A stretch of 64,000 nt of DNA. Source: Patescibacteria group bacterium (GTDB taxonomy: Bacteria > Patescibacteriota > Patescibacteriia > SG8-24). Each line of letters starts with the position of its first letter. Positions within the stretch are counted from its first letter, which is position 1. The position numbers and the translations under genes were made by a program. Under the pieces are notes generated by a model. That model saw only the letters and a list, made by a program, of their open reading frames with translations. It made no database searches and was not told the origin of the DNA. This document shows, in pieces, positions 8,557 to 17,247 of the stretch. The DNA is taken from NCBI GenBank assembly GCA_028714475.1, contig JAQTNC010000001.1:22678-86677 (forward strand), given 5' to 3'.

Positions 8557-9522
8557 TCACCGCCCCTCGAAGATGTCCTCCACGAAACGGATGTCCAGAC
8601 AGCGGCTGAAATAGGTAAGTAGCTGCGATCGGGCGAAGCCGATGTGCTCCTCCGGCAAATCACGCCACAGCCAGATGCGGTTGGCGCATTTCACGAGCAG
8701 GCCGACCTGCATCTCCTCAACGTCAATCGGAAAATGTTTCGCCAGTTCCTTGACGTAGGCGCGCTGCCAGTCCGGATTGCCCCACATCATGATCCAGCAT
8801 TTCATGGCCACGAACTCCCACGGATCCACGCCACCGACCCAGTCGGCGACCGCGATGCGGCCTTCCGGCAGGAGGATGAAGTTGCGCGGATAAAAATCGC
8901 CGTTCGTGAAGAGGTTGCCCTGGTAGCGTTCCGTGCCCGTGGCGGTGAAAAGCTCGTTGGCCCGCTCCACCGTTTCCGCCATGACGAGGCCTCGCGCCAC
9001 CAGCTCCTGGCTCCGCCGCCGGAATTCCTCGTGCCAGTGGTCGAAATTGAACCGGCGCACGAAAGGCGGCAGGTTTTCCACGTCCACCACGCGCAAATCG
9101 CGCAGGACATCCACGGCGTAACGCGCCACCTGCAGGCCGATGCCGCGGCCGCCGAGGACTTCCGGCTTGGACGACAGCTCCGACCATTCGAAAAGGAGCG
9201 GCATGCCCTTGATGTAGCGCGTGAGCGACCAACGCAAACCCGCGAACGTCCCGTCATTCACGTACTCCGGCAGGACCAGCCGTTCGAAATACTGCTGGTC
9301 GATCTGCGGCAAAACGTCGCGCAGGACGCGCACCTCATACTCCATGCTGGCCGCCTTCCGTTCGTCGCTGCCGTACTTGAGGATGAGGGCGGCCTCACCC
9401 TGGCCCGCCGCGACAGGACGGCAAAGCAGGACGTTCCATTTGACGGCGTCAACAATCTTCAACCCCAAGTGATCGAGGAGTTCAGGCAGGCGCGGATGAA
9501 TCGGCGGCAAGGCGGGATCCAC
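8557..9522 (-). CDS. phosphotransferase-family protein (APH/protein-kinase-like fold)
   Basis: GTG start 11 nt after the ppiase stop. Gly-rich N-lobe ...AAGQGEAALILKYG and catalytic-loop-like TNGDFYPRNFILL...VADWVGG, analogous to the HGD.H.N / D.E motifs of aminoglycoside and choline kinases. The antisense ORF 8644..9633 was rejected. Confidence 0.55.
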   Translation of the reverse strand: MDPALPPIHPRLPELLDHLGLKIVDAVKWNVLLCRPVAAGQGEAALILKYGSDERKAASMEYEVRVLRDVLPQIDQQYFERLVLPEYVNDGTFAGLRWSLTRYIKGMPLLFEWSELSSKPEVLGGRGIGLQVARYAVDVLRDLRVVDVENLPPFVRRFNFDHWHEEFRRRSQELVARGLVMAETVERANELFTATGTERYQGNLFTNGDFYPRNFILLPEGRIAVADWVGGVDPWEFVAMKCWIMMWGNPDWQRAYVKELAKHFPIDVEEMQVGLLVKCANRIWLWRDLPEEHIGFARSQLLTYFSRCLDIRFVEDIFEGR

Positions 9523-9533
9523 AATAGAAAGCG

Positions 9534-10241
9534 TTATTTGGCGGTCTCGACAGTCACCTTGGTCATGACGTCGCCGACGGAGATCCTCCGGACCACGTCC
9601 ATGCCGGACACGACCCGACCGAAGACGCTGTAGTTCTTCGGCAACGTCAGGTTGTCCTCGAGCATGATGAAGAACTGGCTGCCGTTCGTATTCGGGCCGC
9701 TGTTGGCCATGGCCACAATGCCAGCCTTGTAATCCAAGGTGACTTTATCATCCTCAAACTTGTAGCCGGGGCCGCCCGTGCCGTTGCCTTTCGGGTCGCC
9801 GCCCTGGATGACGAAGCCGGGCTCCACGCGATGGAAAGTCAGTCCGTCATAAAAGCCGCTCCTGGCCAAGGCGTAAAAATTTGACGCGGCGCGTGGCCCT
9901 TCCGCCGGCAGGAGTTCGAAAACGATGTCGCCTTTGGTGGTGGCGATGCGCACCGTCTTTCCCTTTAGCTCGGACGTCGGCAATATGCCCGGGAAGGACG
10001 TCGGGCGGGGCGGCTTGGCCGTCTCGTCGCTCGGTTCGGCTGGTGTCGACGGCGGCGTTGATGGTTCAACCACGACTTGCGGTTCGGCGGCGGCGTTGCC
10101 GTAACTCTCCGGCGGACGCGCCAAAGCGGATTCCTGATTCATATTCTGTGGGGCGATGGCCGTCTGGTTGCCTTGAGCGCAGCCAGCGCCCAAAAGAGCC
10201 AGCGCGGCCAACGAGACGGTCATGAGATGATTAATTCGCAT
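9534..10241 (-). CDS. peptidyl-prolyl cis-trans isomerase, cyclophilin type (probable lipoprotein)
   Basis: Lipobox LLGAGC. Cyclophilin motifs FHRVEPGFVIQGGDP, GIVAMANSGPNTNGSQFFI, FGRVVSGMDVV. Confidence 0.85.
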   Translation of the reverse strand: MRINHLMTVSLAALALLGAGCAQGNQTAIAPQNMNQESALARPPESYGNAAAEPQVVVEPSTPPSTPAEPSDETAKPPRPTSFPGILPTSELKGKTVRIATTKGDIVFELLPAEGPRAASNFYALARSGFYDGLTFHRVEPGFVIQGGDPKGNGTGGPGYKFEDDKVTLDYKAGIVAMANSGPNTNGSQFFIMLEDNLTLPKNYSVFGRVVSGMDVVRRISVGDVMTKVTVETAK

Positions 10242-10277
10242 ATGTTTGTTGTTAGGCTCTAGTCACTAGCCACTAGT

Positions 10278-11555
10278 TTACCGGACTGCTCGCTCTCGCT
10301 CAAGGGCACTTTCGGTATAGACGTTGGCCGCGTTCCAGAGCAGCCAGCCGCTTGCGCCTTGCTCGTCGCTCGCGCGAATCTGCAGCCGCACCTTGTTCGC
10401 GTCATACGTCGCGCCCATGTCGAAATCCTGCAGCCACGGTCGGTAAGTCGCGAGCTTCGCTTCCTCCCCTTTTGCCTCGGCTTCGGCCTTCATCGTCGCA
10501 ATCAGCTTCTGCCCGCGAATCATGTTGTCGCGGACGACCTCGTAGGGATGCTCGGCGGGATTGGCAAAACCTTGGAAACCGTCCGCGTAGTGCGACGGAT
10601 ACACCATCGGCGAGATGAAATCGAAATGCGGCAGGGCGTCGCGCAACATCTGACCAATGTTGAGGTCGTATTCATGCTGCCACATCGTGAGTCCGAAGAG
10701 ATCCACCGAAATCGGAATGCCTTGCTTCTGCCGCAGCTGCAGATCCAGATAGGCGAAGAACTCGCCCAAGACCTCGTGCTTGGGACGCTCACCGTCATAA
10801 AAGGGATACTGCAGGCCTTTCAGGTTGCCGTCGGACGGGAAACGGATGTAATCGAACTGAACCTCGTCGAAGCCGGATTCATAGGCCTCGCGGGCGATGG
10901 CGGCGTTGTATTCCCAGACCTCCTGGCTGGCCGGGTCGAGCCAGCGGATGCCGCGGTTGTCGCGCCAGACGGCGCCGCCCTGGCGGACCGCGAGCTTGGG
11001 CCGCACCGCCACGAGCGCCGAATCCTGGAAGACCGGCACGCGCGCGATGAGGTACAGGCCCTCGGCGTGGAGGCGCTTGGACAATTCGCGCAGGTCGCCA
11101 AGGGACGGCTTTTTGGCGACCGCCACGTTCAGCGCTTCGTCGCGCGGTTTGAAGGCCAACTCATACTTGGAATCCTTGAGGTCAATGACGAGCGCGTTGA
11201 TTTCCGTGCGCTTGGCGATGCCCAGGACCCGTTCAAGCACGATCTTGTTCCCGTACCCGTCGGAGGTCAGGTACAGGCCTTTCACCTTTTCCGGCAACGG
11301 CTGATGTTCGACGCCGGGGATGATGGGCGGCGGCAGACCCGGGCCGTCGTCGGTCCGCACCGCGCCCCAGTCAGGGCGGAACGATTCAAGGGCTATCTGA
11401 CGCTGATAGAACAGGGTCGCGTCAAAATACGCCATGGCCGGCAGGGCGGCCAGAAAAACGATCAGCGCTCCGTGACGCAAAATGAAATCGCGAATTTTGG
11501 CGAGTGCTGCGGCGCGGCGTTCGGCGGGCGTAGGTTCATCGTGGAAGGGCCACAT
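10278..11555 (-). CDS. putative glycoside hydrolase (TIM-barrel, DUF4015-like), N-terminal TM anchor
   Basis: 425 aa. TM helix ALIVFLAALPAMAYF. Core ...GLYLTSDGYGN...INALVIDLKD...EGLYLIARVPVFQD...FDEVQFDYIRFPSDG... resembles the putative glycosyl hydrolase family found next to polysaccharide genes. Confidence 0.55.
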   Translation of the reverse strand: MWPFHDEPTPAERRAAALAKIRDFILRHGALIVFLAALPAMAYFDATLFYQRQIALESFRPDWGAVRTDDGPGLPPPIIPGVEHQPLPEKVKGLYLTSDGYGNKIVLERVLGIAKRTEINALVIDLKDSKYELAFKPRDEALNVAVAKKPSLGDLRELSKRLHAEGLYLIARVPVFQDSALVAVRPKLAVRQGGAVWRDNRGIRWLDPASQEVWEYNAAIAREAYESGFDEVQFDYIRFPSDGNLKGLQYPFYDGERPKHEVLGEFFAYLDLQLRQKQGIPISVDLFGLTMWQHEYDLNIGQMLRDALPHFDFISPMVYPSHYADGFQGFANPAEHPYEVVRDNMIRGQKLIATMKAEAEAKGEEAKLATYRPWLQDFDMGATYDANKVRLQIRASDEQGASGWLLWNAANVYTESALERERAVR

Positions 11556-11621
11556 AGGAGTACTGGAGTACTGAAGTGCTGGAGTGCTGGAGTATCTTCA
11601 GTACTTCAGCACTTCCCAGCT
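11556..11621. repeat. ctgaagtgctggag-family imperfect palindromic intergenic element
   Basis: ggagtactggagtactgaagtgctggagtgctggagtatcttcagtacttcagcacttcccagcttcagaac. Confidence 0.7.
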
Positions 11622-12977
11622 TCAGAACTTCTCAAATCCTTTCCTCCCCAGCAACTTATACATGTGCTTCTTGCCGGCCTCCACGCCGGGTTGGTCATAG
11701 GCATTGACGTCGAGGAGTTCGCCGGCGACGGCCGTGGCGATCTGGAAGAAATTGACGAGCGCGCCGACGGCTTCGGGGCTGACGCGCGGGACGAAGACAG
11801 TGCCGTTCGGCCGGCCATTTTCGGTAAGCGCCAGACTGGTCGCCGCGCGTTCGGCGTGGAGGATTTCCCCGAGCCGATGGCCGGCCATGTAGGCCGTGCC
11901 TTCGATGTCCGGGTAGGGGTTCGGCAGGCGGAAATCCGCGTCCGGACTCTCGACCTCGATGAAGGTCAAGGTCTTGTCGAACGGCCCCTCATTATATAAC
12001 TGAACCTGTGAGTGCTGGTCGGTCGCGCCGAGCGCGGCGACCGGGGTAAAACCGTGGTTAACGACCTTGCCGTGGCGGTCGAGCCTCTTGCCGAGCGACT
12101 CGGCCCAGAGCTGACGGAACCAGGAACCGAACTCGCGGAGGCGTTCGCCGTAAGGCATGAGCACGGTGATGTGCTGACTGCGGCGGACATAGCCGTCGTG
12201 CTGAAGGCCGGCGAACATGAGCGGGCCGTTGTCCATCGTCTTGGCCGCGGCGAACTCGTCGCGCACGGCGCGACAGCCGACGACGAGGCGCCGCACGGGG
12301 ATGCCGGCGCAAGCCGCCGGAAACAGTCCGACCGGCGTGAGCACGGAGAATCGTCCGCCGATGTCAGCGGGCACCGGCAGGGTGCGGTAACCTTCGCGAT
12401 CAGCGATCTTGCGCAGCGTTCCTTTTTCCGTGTCAGTCGTGGCGATGACGTGGCGGGCGTGCCGATTCACGCCCACGGCTTTCACCAAACGGTCGCGAAG
12501 CAGAACGAACGCGCTCATCGGCTCGATGGTGTCGCCGGATTTGGAAATGACATTGATGGCCGTCTTGCGCCAATCAAGGTCGCGAAGCAGCGCGGCCATC
12601 TCGTCCGGATCAGTGTTCGCGCCGATGAAACGGATCTCCATCCCCTTCCCCGCCGGCTTCAGTGCCTTGACGAGCATCCGCGCGCCCAAGTCCGAGCCGC
12701 CGATGCCGATGACGACGAGCGTCTTGAACTCGCGCCCAACGGTCTTGGCCATCGCCTCGACGGCCTTCAAGTCAGCGGTTCGTTCCGGAATCGCCATGAA
12801 CCCGAGCTGGCCGGAGCGCCATTGCTTGATGACCGCCGCCCGGACAGGCTCCAACCGACGGGCCAAATCAATCAAGTCGGCCTTGGGCATCATCATGTTG
12901 CCGCGTTCCGCCGTCATGCGCGAATAGTCGAAGCGAACGAAAGGCTTTACTTCCGCCTTTTTCGTGGTTTTAGGCAT
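11622..12977 (-). CDS. pgi: glucose-6-phosphate isomerase (short ~450-aa type)
   Basis: Motifs VVIGIGGSDLGARM, SKSGDTIEP, GGRFSVL..VGL, and the C-terminus YDQPGVEAGKK. Confidence 0.9.
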   Translation of the reverse strand: MPKTTKKAEVKPFVRFDYSRMTAERGNMMMPKADLIDLARRLEPVRAAVIKQWRSGQLGFMAIPERTADLKAVEAMAKTVGREFKTLVVIGIGGSDLGARMLVKALKPAGKGMEIRFIGANTDPDEMAALLRDLDWRKTAINVISKSGDTIEPMSAFVLLRDRLVKAVGVNRHARHVIATTDTEKGTLRKIADREGYRTLPVPADIGGRFSVLTPVGLFPAACAGIPVRRLVVGCRAVRDEFAAAKTMDNGPLMFAGLQHDGYVRRSQHITVLMPYGERLREFGSWFRQLWAESLGKRLDRHGKVVNHGFTPVAALGATDQHSQVQLYNEGPFDKTLTFIEVESPDADFRLPNPYPDIEGTAYMAGHRLGEILHAERAATSLALTENGRPNGTVFVPRVSPEAVGALVNFFQIATAVAGELLDVNAYDQPGVEAGKKHMYKLLGRKGFEKF

Positions 12978-13114
12978 AATCCCAGATTGATTAAACGATA
13001 GGATGATTATACCTCATGCCGTAAGTAAACACATCTTTCAGCCAATCTTTCGCCGCAATCGGCTGGGCCAAAGACATCTTCGGCGGCTAACGAATCATAA
13101 TGATGATCAAAGAA

Positions 13115-13160
13115 CCCTCCGGTCCGTCCGGAGGGTTCTTGATTTTCATTTACGTCATCG
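13115..13160. terminator. terminator hairpin after the HExxH gene
   Basis: GAACCCTCCGGtccgtCCGGAGGGTTC with an 11-bp perfect stem and flanking T-runs. Confidence 0.75.
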
Positions 13161-13187
13161 GTCTGTCAGACTCGGAAAAACGAAGCA

Positions 13188-14360
13188 TCATCTTGTTTGC
13201 CCTTTGTCCGGCGGTTTGACCTCATAAGATTCCAAGAATTTCAGCAATGTCTCCGGGATGCTGGTTTCAATCTCGATGTCCTGCTGACCAAGTTCTTCTG
13301 GCTCCAGCGCGTTTTCACAATCCGATCCCAAGCCGGCATCCGCCAGCTTGGCAAAATGTTTTGCCATCAGGTCGACACCCGTTTCCTCCATGATCTGCTT
13401 AATCCAGGCATAAGCGCGATTGGAGGCGTCGGCTTCAAGTATCTGGACGACCAGATAAGCGGATTGCCTGATTTCCACCCATTGCCTGTTCTGCTCCAAC
13501 TGAAGGTTGACGAGTCTCAGGCGTTCCTGTGTATACTTGAGCATCTGCTCGCGAGTGCCGTTCTCATCGCCGCCGTCCAACAGGAGTTTGGCCCTAGCCA
13601 AGAATATCGGGAGTTCTGTTTGTACGGCCTGGATCTCTCGCTCCGTCCGTTCGGCATCCTCAATGGCCCGTAATGGCTTATCGCCAAGACTCGAAACGAC
13701 CTCCGGAAATTCCCGGTAAACCGCCTCCAAAGCCGCTTTCGCGCCGCCAAAATCAGGGAAGCGCGACGCCCTCATGTCCATGGAGGCTTTATAGTATTCC
13801 CAAAGCTTTGCCTGCTTGTCATCATGCGTCTGATCGGCGTGACCAACCTCGTGCAGAACCGTCGCCAAACGGCTGGGGTTGTCAAAACCGGAAATGAGCA
13901 CCTGATTTCGCTCCCGCAGATGGACCCACGGCTGTTCCTCCTCGCCTTCAGCCGGCATCAGAATCTCCGCGCCGTGCTTGTTAACCAGGGAGAGGACATC
14001 CATCTCCGTCGGCCAGCCGTCTTTTTCCCCGCGAATGCGGACGGCCTGGACGCGCCTCATCTTCAAATTCTTGTCATGATAGGGCACCTCGACATCTTCG
14101 GTGCCGATCTCCAATTCGAGCCGGCCCAAAAGCCTGCCTTCGCTGTCCCTATATTCATATTCGTGCACCTCGGTTTTTCTTTCCTTTCTCTCCACTCGGC
14201 TCTCCGGTGCGGCATCATCAATCTTTGCCGCTTCGTGGCCGGACGGGTCCGCTTGTTGGTCACTCATATCATTGGGATTTTCTAATGAGAGCACCGCCCT
14301 CTCCGGGCACGGCGCTTGCCAGTTGGCGAATTGATCGTTCTGACGCCTGGTTTCGGGCAT
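13188..14360 (-). CDS. hypothetical protein with HExxH zinc-metallopeptidase-like motif, on a low-GC gene
   Basis: ATG at 14360 preceded by AAGGGAAATCTT (the track GTG 24 nt upstream has no RBS). ...NPSRLATVLHEVGHADQTHDD contains HEVGH. The acidic N-terminal ~140 aa is low complexity. Local GC is about 48%, versus about 63% for the flanks. Own promoter at 14419-14447 and terminator at 13115-13160. Confidence 0.5.
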   Translation of the reverse strand: MPETRRQNDQFANWQAPCPERAVLSLENPNDMSDQQADPSGHEAAKIDDAAPESRVERKERKTEVHEYEYRDSEGRLLGRLELEIGTEDVEVPYHDKNLKMRRVQAVRIRGEKDGWPTEMDVLSLVNKHGAEILMPAEGEEEQPWVHLRERNQVLISGFDNPSRLATVLHEVGHADQTHDDKQAKLWEYYKASMDMRASRFPDFGGAKAALEAVYREFPEVVSSLGDKPLRAIEDAERTEREIQAVQTELPIFLARAKLLLDGGDENGTREQMLKYTQERLRLVNLQLEQNRQWVEIRQSAYLVVQILEADASNRAYAWIKQIMEETGVDLMAKHFAKLADAGLGSDCENALEPEELGQQDIEIETSIPETLLKFLESYEVKPPDKGQTR

Positions 14361-14418
14361 AAGATTTCCCTTAAATATCCTCACGACAAGTTCAACCTTT
14401 CTTTATGTATAATATCAA

Positions 14419-14447
14419 AATATAGCATTTTTTGGCAGTTTTGGCAA
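14419..14447 (-). promoter_or_regulatory. sigma70-like promoter TTGCCA-N17-TATATT for the low-GC HExxH gene
   Basis: Minus-strand TTGCCAaaactgccaaaaaatgcTATATTttgatattatacat in an AT-rich intergenic region. Confidence 0.5.
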
Positions 14448-14610
14448 GCCCAGCTGGCCGAGATACGGGGATTCGGAGAGGCGAAGTAAATGAGTGCTCT
14501 GAATCTTCGAATCTAAAAAAAGACGTTCGGCATAGATGGGCCGAACGCCACGAAGCTCCTGACGTTAACAAGGTGCTTCATGGCGTTACGGACCAATATT
14601 TTCCTGCCGC

Positions 14611-15504
14611 TCACGCGGCAGACTGATGGTCACCCTGACCGTCTTCCCCGAAGGCGGTCACTGTTTGGACCACGCGGAATTTCGGCGGCGCCGCGCCTAG
14701 GAATGCCGTATCTCCGCGTTGCCCGGTGACGTTTCCGGACCTGTCGGACACGTCGCCGATCAGGCCTTCGTTGCGTCCCTCAACCCCGGAGGCATCGCCC
14801 CAGCACCGCGACCAGTCGCCTGAATGCTTGCCGACGATGAAGTTCTCGAGACGGCGCGTCACCAGCCAGACCATCTGGTCGGATGGCAGGTCGCTTAGGA
14901 GGCGTGGGTTCCGACGGAAGCGCTCCGCGGTTCCCGAGAGTCCGGTTACGTCGCCGACGAACGGCGTCAGGTCACCGCGCAGCTGCGATACGTCACCCAT
15001 GACATCGGAGCAGTAGCCCGTCTTGTTGGTGAGATCGCCGCAGATCGCGGAAACGGTTCCGTACAGTCCCCGGTGAATCGTCCCCCAGACGCGGGAAACG
15101 TCGCCGTAGATGTTGTCCATCGGGCCGACCAGGCCCGTGACGTTGCCGGTGGTTCCGGGATTCACCCGGCCGGTGATGCCCCTGGCATCGCCCCACAAGC
15201 CGGACAGGTCTCCGGTCAGATTCGCGCTGACATTGTAGAGCCAGCGCTTCTCGTAACAGACCGCCGTCGAAGGCACGGCCATCAGGTAGGCCGTGAGCTT
15301 CACGAAGTACAGCCAGCGCTTCTCGAGTTCCTCCGTGGACAGTTGCCGTAATTGTTCATCATCCAGTGGCTGCGGCATCACGCCAACGTCCGACTGAACG
15401 ATATCCCAATCCAAGGCTACTTCCGGATTGACGGTTCTCTTGGCAACCTGCAGTCTCTCGTTGAAAGTCTGCGCAGCGGGAAACACCGGGGTATTATTTG
15501 CCAT
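14611..15504 (-). CDS. hypothetical protein with degenerate ~9-10-aa GD.(S/T)G repeats
   Basis: ATG at 15504 with GAGGT RBS. Repeats of the form TGDLSGLWGDARGITGR...YGDVSRVWG...CGDLTNKTGY...MGDVSQLRGDLTPFVGDVTGLSG...WGDASGVEG...IGDVSDRSGNVTGQRGD. Internal duplication EKRWLYF/EKRWLYN. Confidence 0.5.
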   Translation of the reverse strand: MANNTPVFPAAQTFNERLQVAKRTVNPEVALDWDIVQSDVGVMPQPLDDEQLRQLSTEELEKRWLYFVKLTAYLMAVPSTAVCYEKRWLYNVSANLTGDLSGLWGDARGITGRVNPGTTGNVTGLVGPMDNIYGDVSRVWGTIHRGLYGTVSAICGDLTNKTGYCSDVMGDVSQLRGDLTPFVGDVTGLSGTAERFRRNPRLLSDLPSDQMVWLVTRRLENFIVGKHSGDWSRCWGDASGVEGRNEGLIGDVSDRSGNVTGQRGDTAFLGAAPPKFRVVQTVTAFGEDGQGDHQSAA

Positions 15505-15663
15505 GATTACCTCGCTTGAGTGTAAAGGCCAAGTTCAAGCCGTAGCCGCGTCTTGTGGCACGGCAGCTCGAACACGAAGAAATAGTATAGTGTATTTGCG
15601 CGATCTTGTCAAGGGGTGAGGTTGGCGAGCTGATAGGCTGTCGGCAATGGTTGAGAAGTATTG

Positions 15664-15700
15664 AGAAACGCCGCAAAACGCCCGGCGGCAAACCAGGGCG
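15664..15700. terminator. bidirectional terminator-like hairpin after the RecB-like nuclease gene
   Basis: AACGCCCggcggcaaaccaGGGCGTT with A/T runs on both sides. Confidence 0.6.
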
Positions 15701-15723
15701 TTTTATTGTTAACTGCGGACTGT

Positions 15724-17247
15724 TCACTGTTGACTCCCAACGGACGCTTCCCGCGTGAGCCAATCCTTGAGCGCCGCCGTGGCGCGGACGTCGTCCTCGT
15801 TGTAGCGGATGACGGCGTCGAGCTTTTTCTTGTCGCCTTTCGCGAGCCAGGCCTCGTAGAACTCGACCGACTGGCTGCCGGTCGCGACTTGCTTGCCGCG
15901 CTCGAAGCCGATGTACCCGCCGATGTCCTTGAGGCCGTAGAAGTAAAGCGGAAAGACGACGTCTTCCTTGATAATCTCGTTCAGGTCGATCATCGCCTCC
16001 TGAAAACGCGCGAGCGCCGGCGAGCCGCCGTAACGCGCCTCAAGCGCCGTGAGCCGTGTCATCTCATAATCGCCGTAGTGATAGACGACGTAACGATCCG
16101 GCAGGCCGCCGAGCCAGTGCAGGAAAAGCTGCCACATTTTTCCCTCGTCCTCTGGCTTGGTCGCGACGATGTGCTCGTAACGGTCGCCGTCGGTGTCACG
16201 CAGGAGGAAACCGAACAGGTAATCCGCCTGGCGCGGCGGATCGCTCTCGATGTCGAAATGGATTTCTAATGGCAACCCTTTGACTCGCTTCGCTCGCTCA
16301 GGGAATATTTCTGTTCTGTCCCGAGCTTGCCTGCCCTCCGTAGCTTTTGCGGAGGAGGGTCGAGGGACAGAAACGAGTGATGGCGGCAATTCAGTCGGCC
16401 GGCGAAAAAAATGTCGCCGCTCGATAAGCGCCCGCGCCTGGATTTTCATCCGCTCCAGGGTCTTCCTTTTGAGCTCGCCGCCAGGCTCAACGAGCGACTC
16501 GATGTCCGCCAGCGCGAAATCATGGACGGTCGTGATGCCTCGTTCGCGCAAGGCGGCCGCGGTCTTGTAACGGAGGTTGTAGAGAAGCGCGATGTCGTCC
16601 TTGGTCTCGACGGCGGCCACGCATTCATGCAGCCACGGCGAGACGCGGCAGCCGGAATTGAGGTGCGGACCGGGTCTCTCTCCGGCAAGAATGGCCCGCA
16701 GCCGCGCCAATGCGTCCTCAAACTGCGGTGCGAACTCATCGAGATCCGTGCCGAGGCGCACGCCTTGGCCATTAACGGCGAAACCGTGACGCGGCCGCCG
16801 GCCTTGGATGTGCGAAAGCAATTCGCCGTGAAGAGCGGCCTGCAAACGATGCCCATCATTCAGCCGGTCAACGAAATTCTTGACGTCTACGGCCACGTAG
16901 TGCCAGCCGCCGAACTCCGACGGCATGCCGTCGGTGCGCTCAAGCAAATCCGGTTCAGAAATCAGGTCGCCGTACTTCAGCATACCGCCGCGAATCCGCG
17001 CCTCGCCTTTCTTCATGAGCGCGAGCGTTCTTTTTGCGCGTTCGGCGACGGTCTTGCCCTTCGGCTTCGCCCACATGCCGCCGCCGAGTGCCTCATCCTC
17101 GGCGAAGATGTCGCCGCACAAAAGCATGTCCGCGAGCTTGGTGCGCCGCTTGGCCTGGCCGCCGAACCGCTCGAAATACGGCCAGTTGGGACAGGCGTGA
17201 AATTTGTACAGGAGGGTGGGAGTGATGATGACGGAAGATTTTGTCAT
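15724..17247 (-). CDS. TM0106-family RecB-like putative nuclease (PD-(D/E)xK Cas4-like N-domain plus RNase-H-like 3'-5' exonuclease C-domain)
   Basis: ATG at 17247 begins MTKSSVIITPTLLYKFHACPNWPYFERFG. The C-terminal part IHFDIESDP...YLFGFLLRD...VVYHYGDYEMTRL is DnaQ/RNaseH-like. The 39 extra N-terminal codons of the track ORF are the translation of repeat element A and are not expected to be coding. Confidence 0.7.
   Translation of the reverse strand: MTKSSVIITPTLLYKFHACPNWPYFERFGGQAKRRTKLADMLLCGDIFAEDEALGGGMWAKPKGKTVAERAKRTLALMKKGEARIRGGMLKYGDLISEPDLLERTDGMPSEFGGWHYVAVDVKNFVDRLNDGHRLQAALHGELLSHIQGRRPRHGFAVNGQGVRLGTDLDEFAPQFEDALARLRAILAGERPGPHLNSGCRVSPWLHECVAAVETKDDIALLYNLRYKTAAALRERGITTVHDFALADIESLVEPGGELKRKTLERMKIQARALIERRHFFRRPTELPPSLVSVPRPSSAKATEGRQARDRTEIFPERAKRVKGLPLEIHFDIESDPPRQADYLFGFLLRDTDGDRYEHIVATKPEDEGKMWQLFLHWLGGLPDRYVVYHYGDYEMTRLTALEARYGGSPALARFQEAMIDLNEIIKEDVVFPLYFYGLKDIGGYIGFERGKQVATGSQSVEFYEAWLAKGDKKKLDAVIRYNEDDVRATAALKDWLTREASVGSQQ

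Noticed and set aside
8644-9633. 329-aa plus-strand ORF
   Set aside because: Antisense to the APH-like and cyclophilin genes. Low-complexity R/H/E-rich product.
10359-11999. 546-aa plus-strand ORF
   Set aside because: Spans and is antisense to the glycoside-hydrolase gene and part of pgi. Composition is not protein-like.
12012-13001. 329-aa plus-strand ORF
   Set aside because: It lies entirely antisense to pgi, with R/A/G/D/H-rich composition typical of high-GC antisense frames. pgi on the other strand has clear family motifs.
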